This document shows positions 11,137 through 21,431 of a DNA stretch of 64,000 nucleotides, in pieces. Location of the stretch: the NCBI GenBank assembly GCA_963769425.1, contig CAVYLP010000003.1, positions 96,001-160,000 of the forward strand. The letters are read 5' to 3'. This DNA is from Candidatus Bathyarchaeota archaeon. Its GTDB lineage: Archaea; Thermoproteota; Bathyarchaeia; TCS64. The position numbers and the translations under genes are program-made. A model generated the notes under the pieces. The model worked only from the letters and a program-made list of their open reading frames with translations, was not told where the DNA came from and ran no database searches. Each line of letters begins with the position of its first letter. Position 1 is the first letter of the stretch.

Positions 11137-11685
11137 ATGAAGATTATAGCAATACAGTCGAGTCCCAATGAGGACGGTTTAACGGCTAAGACAGCGAAAA
11201 TGGTCCTTAACGGGGCCGAGGCGGAGGGTGCCTCGGTCGAGTTAGTAAACCTGAACGAGTTCATCATAAAGCCCTGCGTAGCCTGTGAAGGTGGATGGGG
11301 ACAGTGTCGTAAGGAGGGCAAGTGTGTACAAGACGACGAGTTCCAGTTGATCCGTGACAAGATCTACGCCGCGGATGCGATGGTCTTCGCAACACCTGTG
11401 TACTGGGGGGATCTGAGTGAGTCAGCGAAGATATTCCTCGACAGACTCCGTCGATGCGAGGTAAAGGGCGATTTCAGGAACCTTAATGGTAAGATAGCGG
11501 TTGGTATAGCCTCGGCCGGTGGTACCGGCAATGGCTGTGTTAAGTGTCTCCTCCATCTTGAAGACTACATCAGACGCGTAGGCTTTACAGTCTTCGACCT
11601 AGTTACCGTGACACAAGCGTCGAAGGAGCATAAACTCCCGATGCTTGAAAAGGCGGGTCATAGACTCGCTAAGATGAAGCAGTAA
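11137..11685 (+). CDS. Iron-sulfur flavoprotein / WrbA-like flavodoxin
   Basis: SSPNEDGLT, PCVACEG...C...C, ATPVYWG. Confidence 0.85.
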   Translation: MKIIAIQSSPNEDGLTAKTAKMVLNGAEAEGASVELVNLNEFIIKPCVACEGGWGQCRKEGKCVQDDEFQLIRDKIYAADAMVFATPVYWGDLSESAKIFLDRLRRCEVKGDFRNLNGKIAVGIASAGGTGNGCVKCLLHLEDYIRRVGFTVFDLVTVTQASKEHKLPMLEKAGHRLAKMKQ

Positions 11686-11978
11686 AATAACTCTCCCTTT
11701 TATTGAGAAATTCTTTCATTTTGGTATGAAATATCTCATAGATTTTTAATTCTCTCGAAGTCATACGATGAAAAACCATACTTCATCAAACAAGGCCATT
11801 TTTTTGCTTATACTATGGTACTAGTATAATGAAGACTTAACAGCCCCTTTTTCAAATTCATTGAATTTTGACTTGCTAAGTAAGTGGTTTAGCAATTTCT
11901 TTTCTTCAACTCTAATCTAAGCCATGTATTATTAGGCTATTTGTTCTGGTTCCCTAATCGAGTCTTAGATAACTGAAG

Positions 11979-12446
11979 TCACCATTCAGGCTCCACGTCC
12001 TCCCCGACGCTCCACAGAAAGATCTCAGCCGTCGACTTGCCAACATGCTTGAACCGTTTATTCAGATCCTCGATAACCTTCGAATAGCCCACCGATTTAT
12101 CGAGACCGTCTAAGTATTTCTGAAAGCTTCCGAACTCGCTTCTTATTGCCTGCATCTGCTTGGCGTTGTAGATGGTGGCGTTGATCTTCGCCCGGTTTCT
12201 CACTATCTCAGGGTTCCCCATCAACCTCTCAATGTCCCCTTCCGTGAACTTTGCTACCTTGTCGATCGAGAAGTTCTCGAAGGCTTTCATAAAGCCCCCC
12301 CACTTGACCTCTATCGTATTCCAGTTGAGCCCTGCAGTATTGATCACCCTCGTGAGGTTCTCGAAGTAGGCGTCATCCGTCTTCGGCCTACCCTTTGTGT
12401 ACACCCAGTCAGGAGGAGTCCAACTCATATGCTCACCCAAAACCAT
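11979..12446 (-). CDS. tag: DNA-3-methyladenine glycosylase I family protein
   Basis: AGLNW, IVRNRAKINATIYNA, FKHVG. Confidence 0.8.
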   Translation of the reverse strand: MVLGEHMSWTPPDWVYTKGRPKTDDAYFENLTRVINTAGLNWNTIEVKWGGFMKAFENFSIDKVAKFTEGDIERLMGNPEIVRNRAKINATIYNAKQMQAIRSEFGSFQKYLDGLDKSVGYSKVIEDLNKRFKHVGKSTAEIFLWSVGEDVEPEW

Positions 12447-12554
12447 TCACAGATATTCAATAATAATTGTTGTTTAAAAACGAGTAAACTGCAGGATTGC
12501 GGAAGAAGAGGATTATGAAGGAACCACGATTTACGACAAGTCGTAATGAGGGTG

Positions 12555-12911
12555 TCAACCGAAGATGAAGCCCAAAGCCACTCCTAATATCAATCCCAAG
12601 CCAAGCGGGACTAATCCGAAGAACACCGCAACATACGACATCACAGTGGGCCCATACTTATCGACGAGGGCGCTGATTTCACTTGAAATGGTATCCAAGC
12701 TCACGAACCCGAAGTATACCGCCACCAGAGTGATCAACCCGAGGATGATGCCGACCTTTAGCAGCTTCTTAATCAAGAAACCGATGATCAAACCAACTAG
12801 AAAAGGAGCCGCAAGAACCACAATGGTGGGTAAACCACCTATCGTCCCCCCCAACGCACCCCACAGATCGTTAACAATACTCATAATACTCAAGAAAAGG
12901 TTCAGAACCAT
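12555..12911 (-). CDS. Small membrane protein (FUN14-like)
   Basis: Hydrophobic, GLIIGFLIKK motif, Gly-rich C-terminal helix. Confidence 0.6.
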   Translation of the reverse strand: MVLNLFLSIMSIVNDLWGALGGTIGGLPTIVVLAAPFLVGLIIGFLIKKLLKVGIILGLITLVAVYFGFVSLDTISSEISALVDKYGPTVMSYVAVFFGLVPLGLGLILGVALGFIFG

Positions 12912-13056
12912 CGGATATATCTCTTTTTACATCTCTGTCAATGAAGAAGTTGAGGATTTCCCGAAAGAGCCATTGTTTTCTACAGACAAAGTTCCCACAT
13001 TGCTACCCGAGAAGGTTTAAATCGCACACGCCGTTGAGGCTTGAGAGGCGACCGAG

Positions 13057-13789
13057 ATGGGGACCGCGATAAAGGTAAGCGATCTCTGGAAGAACTTCGG
13101 AGAATTCGAGGCGTTGAAAGGGGCTACCTTCAGCGTCGAGGAGAACGAGATATTCGGACTAATCGGGCCTAACGGTGCTGGTAAGACTACAACCCTCAGG
13201 ATACTAGGGACCTTGATCACCCCATCTTCTGGGGTTGCCGAGGTCTTCGGGCTATGAAGTGGTAAAAGACGCGAATAAGGTGAGGGAGATACTCAGCTAC
13301 CTGCCTGAGGACGCCGGAGCCTATCAGTACCTAAACGGTGAGGAGTACCTGCGTTTCATGGCCGGGTTCTACGCACACGACAAGGCAGCCATCGACGCTA
13401 TGGTGTCCGCTGGTAAGGATATAAGCGGCTTAGGTGAGCGCCTAAAGGACAGGGTCAACGGTTACAGTAGGGGAATGAAGAGGCGACTCCTCATCGCGAG
13501 GGCGCTGATGATCAAGCCGAGGCTCGCGATACTCGACGAGCCTACCTCGGGTCTAGACGTGATCCAGGCGTACCACGTCCGCGGCATGATAAAGGACTAC
13601 GCGGAGAAGATGGGCGTGACCACCATCGTCTCTAGCCATAATATGCTCGAGGTTGAGTACCTCTGCCACAGGGTCGCCCTCATAAACGAGGGCGTCATCG
13701 TTGCGCAGGGTACACCCGACGAGCTGAAGGCGAGGTACAACTCAGTCAACCTGGAGCAGGCGTTCATGGAGGCAACACAGCTTGGGTAG
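13057..13789 (+). CDS. ABC transporter ATP-binding protein (NatA-like), frameshift at about 13250
   Basis: GPNGAGKTT in first ORF; YSRGMKRR and DEPTSGLD in second. Confidence 0.85.
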
Positions 13790-15098
13790 CTTCACAAGCA
13801 TAATCGTGAAGGAGATCAAGGAACTGATCAGGGACCCGAAGATACTCTTCGGGGTCGTGCTCCTGCCCCTCCTCCTCTACCCCCTCATGGGGCAGGGGAT
13901 TCAGATCAGCCAAGAGGCCGTCCAGACCAGCATAAAGGGGGCTAAGTTCTCTCTCTACACCGACGACGCGGGGCCAATAGCCGATGTCATCGTCAAATAT
14001 GTGACGACTAATAACACGGTGACGCGTATACAGGCGGATAATCTCCCCGACGCTCTCGTAAAATTCAAAGACTCGGATTCCGTGGCCCTCGTCTACGTGC
14101 CAAACGGGTACAACTACAACATAACAAACGGAGGAAAGGGGACCGTGAAAATATATGGGAACCTTAAGAACCTCAACATCGCCGAGGCGACGGGCGCCGA
14201 GGTGGCGGGGAACATCGTGAACGTCTACAACTACTACTACTCGCTGGCGATCATCAAGGGCCTAGCAGCCGCTGCGGGTGATAGCAGCAGCGCGGTGGCC
14301 ATCCACGACCCGATCAGACTCACATACGCCTCGATCATCAAGGGAAACGTCGTCGAGGTCTCCCCCAGCCAGGTCACGGGACTCATAATGAGCCAGAGCA
14401 TTATGCTCCCCATAATGGTGATGATGATGGTCATATTCGCCATACAGATGGCAGCGACCAGCATCGCCCTCGAGAAAGAGCAGAAGACGCTAGAGACCCT
14501 CATGACTCTACCCGTGGGCAGGCTTACCATCCTCGCCGGTAAGCTCACCGGCTCTGTAGTCATCGCCATCGCGGGCTCAATCAGCTACATCATCGGGTTC
14601 AGCTACTACACGAACTCTGCCTTCAGCTTCGCCACCACGACGACGAGCGTTGACCTCACCGGCGCTGGCATAGGCATCCAGCCACTCGGCTACGCCCTCC
14701 TCGGGATAGTGATGTTCGTTACCCTCGTCTCCGCACTAGCACTCGCCATAAGCCTCGCCGTCTTCACCGACAGCGTCAGGAGCGCCCAGAGCCTCACCGG
14801 CGTCCTCATAGTCCCCCTGATAATCCCCGCCATCATACTCATGTTCAGCGACATCGACATGCTCCCAACGGCGATGCAGTGGATACTCCTCGCCATACCC
14901 TACACCCACACCATGCTCGCGACGAAGGCCGCTTTCCTCGGAGATTACTGGCTCATGATCAGGAGCATAGGCTACATCAGCGTCTTCACGGTCGTCGTCC
15001 TCTGGGCCGCGGCGAAGATATTCTCTACGGAGAGGATAATCACGTCGCGCTTCACGAACTTCAGCTTCGGGAAGAAGAGGAAGCAGCTGACGGTGTAG
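13782..15098 (+). CDS. ABC-2 type permease (NatB-like)
   Basis: KEIKELIRD, EKEQKTLETL, ILAGK, multiple TM helices. Confidence 0.85.
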   Translation: MGSFTSIIVKEIKELIRDPKILFGVVLLPLLLYPLMGQGIQISQEAVQTSIKGAKFSLYTDDAGPIADVIVKYVTTNNTVTRIQADNLPDALVKFKDSDSVALVYVPNGYNYNITNGGKGTVKIYGNLKNLNIAEATGAEVAGNIVNVYNYYYSLAIIKGLAAAAGDSSSAVAIHDPIRLTYASIIKGNVVEVSPSQVTGLIMSQSIMLPIMVMMMVIFAIQMAATSIALEKEQKTLETLMTLPVGRLTILAGKLTGSVVIAIAGSISYIIGFSYYTNSAFSFATTTTSVDLTGAGIGIQPLGYALLGIVMFVTLVSALALAISLAVFTDSVRSAQSLTGVLIVPLIIPAIILMFSDIDMLPTAMQWILLAIPYTHTMLATKAAFLGDYWLMIRSIGYISVFTVVVLWAAAKIFSTERIITSRFTNFSFGKKRKQLTV

Positions 15099-15099
15099 G

Positions 15100-15318
15100 C
15101 TACTCCTCTACCCACTCCCAGTCCTCGCACTCCTTCTTCGAGATCGCCGACTCTAGCCATCCCTGCTTTGAGCAGTATAGGAACTCGCTTAGGTGATACC
15201 GGGAGTTGAGGAGGGCGTTTAGTATCTCCTTGTTCTCCTGGCCGAGGGAGAGGCGCGTATCAGGGTCGATTACTCTCGCCCATTTGCACTCCTTGCAGGA
15301 GACCTTCAAGCGCTTCAC
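15100..15318 (-). CDS. Small Cys-containing hypothetical protein (possible Zn binding)
   Basis: CKECKW...YCSK...KECEDW; fills the gap between convergent genes. Confidence 0.6.
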   Translation of the reverse strand: MKRLKVSCKECKWARVIDPDTRLSLGQENKEILNALLNSRYHLSEFLYCSKQGWLESAISKKECEDWEWVEE

Positions 15319-15363
15319 CCGAGAATCCTTGCCGATTGGCCGTGAAAAGGATTTCCAAGGCCC

Positions 15364-16089
15364 ATGGTAAAGGTTAAGTTAGCTACATCATATGGTTCGG
15401 GGATTGGCTTGGGCAAGTACAAAGGCATAGTCTTCGACCTCGACGGAACACTCGTCAACTCCGAGATAGACTTCCCGAAGATGAAGCGGAACATGATAGC
15501 GGTCCTCGAGGCGCAGGGTGCTCCGAAGGGGGTCCTCACGCCTCAGATGACGACGGCGGCCATACTCGAGCAGGTCGAGAAGTGGTGGGTGGAGCAGGGG
15601 AAGCCGGAAAAGGAGAGGCAGGGGGTACGCGACGAGATGACTCGTCTAATGGACGAGGGGGAGCTTGAGGCCGTGGAAACCCTCACAATAGTCGAAGGGG
15701 CGAAGGAGGCGATGCACAAGCTGAAGAAGATGGGCTACAGGCTCGCCATACTCACCCGCAGTCACCACGACTACGCCATAAAGGCACTGAAGAAGACGGG
15801 TATGCTCAGCGACTTCGAGCTCATCCTCGGCAGGGGGGAGACGCCCCAACCTAAGCCATACGCCGAGGCGATGACCCACGCGGCGAAACTTATGAAGCTG
15901 AAGCTCGATGAGACCTTTCTCGTCGGGGACAACCACGTCGACTCGACATGCGCCGTGAACGCGAAGTGTCACTTCATCGGGGTCGCCACGGGACCCCGTA
16001 GGGATAAGTCCTGGGAGGTAAACAGGCCCGAAGTCATCCTCCCCAGCGTCGTGGACCTCCCCGCCTACCTCGCGGAGCACGACAAGTAG
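15364..16089 (+). CDS. HAD family hydrolase
   Basis: FDLDGTL, KP, VGDNHVD. Confidence 0.9.
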   Translation: MVKVKLATSYGSGIGLGKYKGIVFDLDGTLVNSEIDFPKMKRNMIAVLEAQGAPKGVLTPQMTTAAILEQVEKWWVEQGKPEKERQGVRDEMTRLMDEGELEAVETLTIVEGAKEAMHKLKKMGYRLAILTRSHHDYAIKALKKTGMLSDFELILGRGETPQPKPYAEAMTHAAKLMKLKLDETFLVGDNHVDSTCAVNAKCHFIGVATGPRRDKSWEVNRPEVILPSVVDLPAYLAEHDK

Positions 16090-16150
16090 GCGAAGTGGAA
16101 GGTTTTTTAACCGCTCCCCGACTATACTGAGGCAATTCAAGGCCCCCTCG

Positions 16151-16444
16151 GTGGGCCCTGCAGAGGTGTTGATTGTGTCTGGTAAAGAGGAATACGCGAA
16201 GAAACTGCAACAGGCTCAGAGCGTCCTGAATATGATCGCCGACGACAACACGACCCCGCGGAACATCCGTAGGGCCGCGAAGCAGGCGTCCGACATGCTG
16301 CTCGACGCTGGCGTGAGCATCGGGGCGAGGGCGGCGAACGCCATCAGCCTCCTCGAGGACATCAGCCAGGACCCAAACATGCCCATGTACAGCAGGACGA
16401 GGATCTGGAACGCCATCAGCGTCTTAGAGGGCATCAGGGACTAG
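16151..16444 (+). CDS. UPF0147 family protein
   Basis: DNTTPRNIRRAA...DPNMPMYSRTRIW. Confidence 0.9.
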   Translation: MGPAEVLIVSGKEEYAKKLQQAQSVLNMIADDNTTPRNIRRAAKQASDMLLDAGVSIGARAANAISLLEDISQDPNMPMYSRTRIWNAISVLEGIRD

Positions 16445-16513
16445 CCGTCCGTTTCTCAGTTCAGCTTCGTTTTAGACTCGGTTTTTTATCCCGTCGCCCA
16501 CTCATCATCCTAG

Positions 16514-17269
16514 GTGTATTCATTGGTCGGCAGAGTGCTACTCGTCGGCGAGTCGTGGGTTCAGGTCACGACCCACTACAAGGGTTTCGACCACTTCGTC
16601 AGCGGTGGATACGACACTGGGGTCGCCTACTTCAGGAGGGCGATGGAGGGGTGGGGGGATTGGGTTCACATGCCGGGGCACGAGACTCAGGCGAGCTTCC
16701 CACTTGAGGCCGAAAAGCTCAGCGATTACTCCGTTATCATCATCAGTGACATAGGGGCGGACACTTTCCTCCTCCACCCTCGGACTTGGATAAACGGGGA
16801 ACGAACCCCGAATAGACTGCGTCTCATCGAGGAGTACGTTCGCAGCGGGGGCGGCCTCGTCATGGCGGGGGGTTACCTGAGCTACCAGGGGATCAACGGC
16901 GCCGCGAGGTACCGCGCCACCCCCATCGAGGAGGTGCTACCCGTTGAGCTTGATCCCTACGACGACCGTGTCGAGTGCCCCGAAGGAATCCAGCCAAAGA
17001 CGACGAGGACAAAGCACGAGATCACCAATGGCCTAGAAGCCACTTGGCCGTACCTCCTCGGGTACAACAAAGTCAGGGCGAAGAAGGGGGCGGAGGTACT
17101 GGCCACTGTCGGACCTGATCCTCTGCTCGTCGCCGGGGAGCATGGAAAGGGTAGGGCAGTCGCATGGACTAGCGACATCGGCCCCCACTGGTGCCCGAAG
17201 GAGTTCGCCGAATGGGACGGCTACACGGCGCTCTGGAGAAGGATGATAGCCTGGGCCTCGGGGGAGTGA
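16514..17269 (+). CDS. Glutamine amidotransferase-like protein (DUF1355-like)
   Basis: LLVGESW, SDIGA, GGYLSYQG, SDIGPHW. Confidence 0.8.
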   Translation: MYSLVGRVLLVGESWVQVTTHYKGFDHFVSGGYDTGVAYFRRAMEGWGDWVHMPGHETQASFPLEAEKLSDYSVIIISDIGADTFLLHPRTWINGERTPNRLRLIEEYVRSGGGLVMAGGYLSYQGINGAARYRATPIEEVLPVELDPYDDRVECPEGIQPKTTRTKHEITNGLEATWPYLLGYNKVRAKKGAEVLATVGPDPLLVAGEHGKGRAVAWTSDIGPHWCPKEFAEWDGYTALWRRMIAWASGE

Positions 17270-17273
17270 ACCG

Positions 17274-18017
17274 GTGATAGACACCCACGCTCACCTCGCG
17301 GACCTACCCGAGGGCACAATCGATAGGGCGAGGGCGGCTGGCCTCACCGGTATAGTCGCGGTGAGCGCGAACCTGCCGACCTGCGAGGGCACACTCAGGT
17401 TGGCGAGGGCGCACTGTGGCTACGTCCACGCCGCCCTCGGTATCCACCCAACGGAGTTCTTCAACCAAAGCCTGGAGGCAGCGCTGGAGATGATCAGAGA
17501 AAACGCCCCCGAGTGCGTGGCTATTGGAGAGATCGGCCTTGACTACTGGCACAAGTTGGTCCGGAAGGAAGCGGCTATGAAGGAAAGGCAGAGGGATTTC
17601 TACGTCCGGCAGCTTCAAGCGGCCCGTGAAGTTGACCTCCCCGTCTCCATCCACAGCAGGGGCGCATGGGGTGACTGCCTCGAGCTCGCGTCGGGTCACG
17701 GCCCGGGGAGGGGCGTCTTCCACTGGTACAGCGGCCCCCTCGACGTGCTCGATGGGATCCTCGACGCTGGGTACTACGTCTCCTGCACGCCGGCGTTGGA
17801 GGTGAGTACGGAGCTCAGGGCGGCGATGGCAAAAGCCCCGCTGGAGCGCATCATCATCGAGACAGATTCTCCCGTCTGGATCAAGAGCTTGGGAAGGGAG
17901 TCGGAGCCCGCGGATGTGCAGCTGACCCTAAGGCACCTCGCCGAACTAAAGGGGCTCACCGTGTCTGACGTGGATGCGGCGACGACACGAAACGCCGAAA
18001 CCCTATTCAACCTATGA
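17274..18017 (+). CDS. tatD: TatD family nuclease
   Basis: IDTHAH, GIHP, GEIGLD, HSR, ETDSP. Confidence 0.9.
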   Translation: MIDTHAHLADLPEGTIDRARAAGLTGIVAVSANLPTCEGTLRLARAHCGYVHAALGIHPTEFFNQSLEAALEMIRENAPECVAIGEIGLDYWHKLVRKEAAMKERQRDFYVRQLQAAREVDLPVSIHSRGAWGDCLELASGHGPGRGVFHWYSGPLDVLDGILDAGYYVSCTPALEVSTELRAAMAKAPLERIIIETDSPVWIKSLGRESEPADVQLTLRHLAELKGLTVSDVDAATTRNAETLFNL

Positions 18018-18039
18018 TCCCCGGTGTTCACTGATAGCC

Positions 18040-18786
18040 TTGGGTTACAGGGAGAGGGCTGTGTTCAGGCCTGTGAGCCTACTCTACTTCGTACTGCTGC
18101 TGCTCGCGCTCGTCGTCCTGATCCCCATCATCTTCCTTTTTATAGGGGATCTGCTCGTCTCCGCCCTCGGGATACCGGCGCAGTGGGTTGGAGTCTTCCT
18201 CTTCGTGAGCCTCGTGGGCAGCTTCGTCAACATCCCCGTGGCGACGCTCGTGAGCAGGGTGCCCGTGGTTAGGGTGAGGGAGGTGAACGTCTTCGGGGTC
18301 ACTTGGCAGATCCCTGATCTTGGCTTCGGGGTGTCGAAGACACACGTCCTCGTGAACGTCGGCGGGGCGTTGCTGCCCATCATTGTGTCGGGGTACCTCC
18401 TCGGGATACCGATCCTACACGCACCGGGGAATCCAGTCGACGAGTACCTCGCTGTGGTTGCGGTGCTCGTTATCGTGGCGGTCCTCGTTAACAGGTCTGC
18501 GCAGGTGGTCGAAGGGCTCGGCGTAGCGACGCCTGCTCTGGTGCCGCCACTCGTCACAGCCCTTGCGACGATACTCGTCAACTTCATTTCTCCCCTCCAC
18601 TCACCGGCGCAGGTCGCGTACATAGGCGGGACTCTTGGGACACTCATCGGAGCGGACCTCCTAAACCTCCACAGGATCAGAGACATCGGCGCCCCCGTGG
18701 TGAGCATCGGGGGCGCGGGGACCTTCGACGGCATCTACTTCACGGGTATTGTCTCCGTCCTACTCGTCGCTCTCGCGTTGGGGTAA
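18040..18786 (+). CDS. DUF1614 membrane protein
   Basis: GSFVNIP, NVGGAL, GTLIGADL, SIGGAGTFDGI; start at TTG 18040 inferred. Confidence 0.85.
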   Translation: MGYRERAVFRPVSLLYFVLLLLALVVLIPIIFLFIGDLLVSALGIPAQWVGVFLFVSLVGSFVNIPVATLVSRVPVVRVREVNVFGVTWQIPDLGFGVSKTHVLVNVGGALLPIIVSGYLLGIPILHAPGNPVDEYLAVVAVLVIVAVLVNRSAQVVEGLGVATPALVPPLVTALATILVNFISPLHSPAQVAYIGGTLGTLIGADLLNLHRIRDIGAPVVSIGGAGTFDGIYFTGIVSVLLVALALG

Positions 18787-18818
18787 TCCTCATCTAAGCG
18801 GCGCATGCATCTTCGTGC

Positions 18819-19256
18819 ATGCAGCACGTCTACTTCGAGGTGAAGGGGGACCCGGTGCCCAAGGCGAGGGCCCGCACGGTCCGAAAGGGCGGTAGGACAT
18901 GGAGCTTCACCCCGAAGAGGGTCGCAGTTTGGGAGAAGACGGTGAAGGAGGAGGCGGCAAAGCACTTTGAGGAGCCACTCGTCGGCCCCATACAGGTCTC
19001 CCTGATATTCTACATGGACCGCCCCAAGAGCCGGAGGAAGGATGTCTGGGTCCCTACTACACCTGACCTCGATAACTTGGAGAAGGCGGTCCTCGACGCC
19101 CTCAACGGGGTCGCTTATGAGGACGACCGCTTCGTCGTGGCGAAGAACGCGCAGAAGAAGTACGTGGGTAGGGACGAACCCCGCGTCTGCGTCAGGGTCA
19201 CAAGTCTGAGCAAGCAGGTCTCCATCGAAGGCTTCTCTAAGACGTATCTCCGATAA
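18819..19256 (+). CDS. rusA: RusA family Holliday junction resolvase
   Basis: GDPVPKARAR, PDLDNLEK, DALNG..YEDD acidic catalytic residues. Confidence 0.85.
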   Translation: MQHVYFEVKGDPVPKARARTVRKGGRTWSFTPKRVAVWEKTVKEEAAKHFEEPLVGPIQVSLIFYMDRPKSRRKDVWVPTTPDLDNLEKAVLDALNGVAYEDDRFVVAKNAQKKYVGRDEPRVCVRVTSLSKQVSIEGFSKTYLR

Positions 19257-19290
19257 GGTTTTACAGTCGATTTGGACATGTGTAGCGAGG

Positions 19291-19377
19291 GCCGGGGTAG
19301 CCAAGCGGACTACGGCGCCAGTCTTGAAAACTGGTGATCTTACGATCCCAAGGGTTCGAATCCCTTCCCCGGCGCCA
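19291..19377 (+). tRNA. tRNA-Ser(TGA)
   Basis: GCCGGGG/CCCCGGC acceptor, CCAGT-CTTGAAA-ACTGG, long variable arm, CCA. Confidence 0.95.
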
Positions 19378-19428
19378 CTCAATAATTATGAACTGAATAC
19401 AGGTCTATTATAAATGGAAAGTAGGGAT

Positions 19429-20628
19429 CTACTTGAGATAAGCCGCCATTAGCTTCATTATCTTACCCGGTGACCTCGCGCAGATCTTCGCGACCGTCCT
19501 CTTTGTGTTTTGTCCATTGGCGAGGGAGAGGATCTCGTCATTTGTAATCACGGTCGAGAGTAGGTTGAGGTCGTCGTCGCTGAACTTGTCGAGCATCTCG
19601 ACGATCCTGCGGCTGTCCCTGATTCTCTTCCCCCAGTACTTCTCGAACTTGACTCGGTACTGGTTGAGCCTCTTCGCCGACGTGTCCTCGCCAACGATAG
19701 CGTCGACGGCCTCCTTGCCAGCCATCTTCCCCGCCTCGATACCACTGTGGATACCTGCCCCCGTCATGGGCACAAGCTGCCCAGCGGCGTCGCCCACGAG
19801 CATCAGGTTGTCATCAACAATCTTATCGAGCATCCCCGATACGGGCGTCACGCCGCCGTTCCTTCGGAGCACCTTCGCCCCTACGAATCTGGGGTCGGAG
19901 TCGAGGAACTTTCTAAGATAATTGATCGCGGGCTCCGTGTGAATGTTCCTTACACCGAGGCCGACATTCGCGGTCTCCCCATTCTTAGGGAAGACCCACG
20001 CGTAGCCACCCGGAGCGTAACACGTCCCGACGTAGAACTCGTTTGTGGATGGGTTGTCGAGGTGCAGTCCGCCGAGTTGGTACTGAGCGCATGTGACAAC
20101 GTCGGGGTACCACCTCTCCATGCCGGCGGAGCGGCGAACGATCGACCAGTAACCATCCGCCCCGATCGTTACCTTCGCCTTGACCTTGACCTGCTCTACG
20201 CCATGCTCCGCTATCACACCGGCGACCTTGCCGTTCTCCCTGAAGACGCCCGTCGCCTTCGTGTCAGTCATTAGCTCAGCCCCGGCCTTCACCGCTAGGT
20301 CACCGATGGCTTTGTCGAAGAACTGCCTGTTCAGCGTGTAGCCGACCCAGTTGTCACTCGTGAGGTCGATATAATTCCTATTTGGCGCGAAGACCCTGGC
20401 CTTGGTTATCTTCTGCGCGACGAGCGGGGCGACGGGCTCCAGCCCAGCGTCCTTTATGCCGTTGAGACTCAGCCCCTCGGCGCAGAAGACGGGGGACCCG
20501 ATGACCGGGTGCTCTTCTAACAGAACAACGTGCGCTCCTGCGGCCGCCGCGGCCCTGGCAGCCGACGACCCGGCGGGCCCACCGCCCACCACGGCTACGT
20601 CACAGTCTACAAGCCGCATGGTAATCAA
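19429..20628 (-). CDS. Geranylgeranyl reductase (DGGGPL reductase) family
   Basis: GGGPAG, PVFCAEG, GYAWVFPK, GDAAG...GAGI. Confidence 0.9.
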   Translation of the reverse strand: MITMRLVDCDVAVVGGGPAGSSAARAAAAAGAHVVLLEEHPVIGSPVFCAEGLSLNGIKDAGLEPVAPLVAQKITKARVFAPNRNYIDLTSDNWVGYTLNRQFFDKAIGDLAVKAGAELMTDTKATGVFRENGKVAGVIAEHGVEQVKVKAKVTIGADGYWSIVRRSAGMERWYPDVVTCAQYQLGGLHLDNPSTNEFYVGTCYAPGGYAWVFPKNGETANVGLGVRNIHTEPAINYLRKFLDSDPRFVGAKVLRRNGGVTPVSGMLDKIVDDNLMLVGDAAGQLVPMTGAGIHSGIEAGKMAGKEAVDAIVGEDTSAKRLNQYRVKFEKYWGKRIRDSRRIVEMLDKFSDDDLNLLSTVITNDEILSLANGQNTKRTVAKICARSPGKIMKLMAAYLK

Positions 20629-20658
20629 ATAGTCGCCCGCGGCTTTCGTATATTAAGG

Positions 20659-20877
20659 CTACCTCTCAAGGACCTTCTGGGCTGCTATCTCGATGTCCTT
20701 AGCCTTCACGGTCTTTCTGCCCGCGTGCTTCGCGTAGTCGAGGGCTTCCTTCGCCACCTTGACCCCAATCTCCTCTAAAGCCTTCCCTAGCGCGATGGCG
20801 CTCTCCTCGCTAACACGATCCGCACCAGCGCGCTTGATCAGCTTATGCATCGGAGCAACCTTAATCTCATCAGTCAA
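20659..20877 (-). CDS. Archaeal histone (HMf type)
   Basis: AGADRVS...HAGRKTVKAKDI. Confidence 0.95.
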   Translation of the reverse strand: MTDEIKVAPMHKLIKRAGADRVSEESAIALGKALEEIGVKVAKEALDYAKHAGRKTVKAKDIEIAAQKVLER

Positions 20878-21146
20878 GTGAAATCCACCTTAATATAATT
20901 CAGGATTCCTTAAATATTTAATACTTTTCCCCTTTTCCCGCAAATAAACCCGAAAATGGGACTATACTCGTTTTAAGGGTGATTAACGGCCCCCTTCAGA
21001 TGGGTAACCTTTGATAGGACGTGTTGGGAAGAGCCCGATTAGTCTCATTAAATATAAGAAGAACACATACACTCGGAGAGCACCCGAGATAAACGTTTAA
21101 ATGAGTGCCCAAGCCTCATAGAGCATCGACAAACCATCCCGGTGGA

Positions 21147-21383
21147 ATGAAAGTGGGTAAAGTTAGAACAGAGATGGTCAAGAGAGTAGCAATCGAGCTC
21201 ATCGAAAAGTATCCTAGGAGCTTCGATACTGAGTTCGACCACAACAAAAAATTCCTTACTGAACTCAACATTGGCGTCTCCAAGAAGATGAGGAACAAGG
21301 TCGCTGGTTACGCCACTAGGGTTGTGAAGTCAGACCTCATGGCCGTAGAGGTCGAGGGCGAAGTAGAGCCCGACAACATCTAG
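21147..21383 (+). CDS. rps17e: 30S ribosomal protein S17e
   Basis: GKVRTEMVKR...FDHNK...SKKMRNKVAGY. Confidence 0.95.
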   Translation: MKVGKVRTEMVKRVAIELIEKYPRSFDTEFDHNKKFLTELNIGVSKKMRNKVAGYATRVVKSDLMAVEVEGEVEPDNI

Positions 21384-21431
21384 GCTACCAAAGCCCCTAT
21401 TACTCACGAATCAGCTTTCTCGTCGAGGCCC

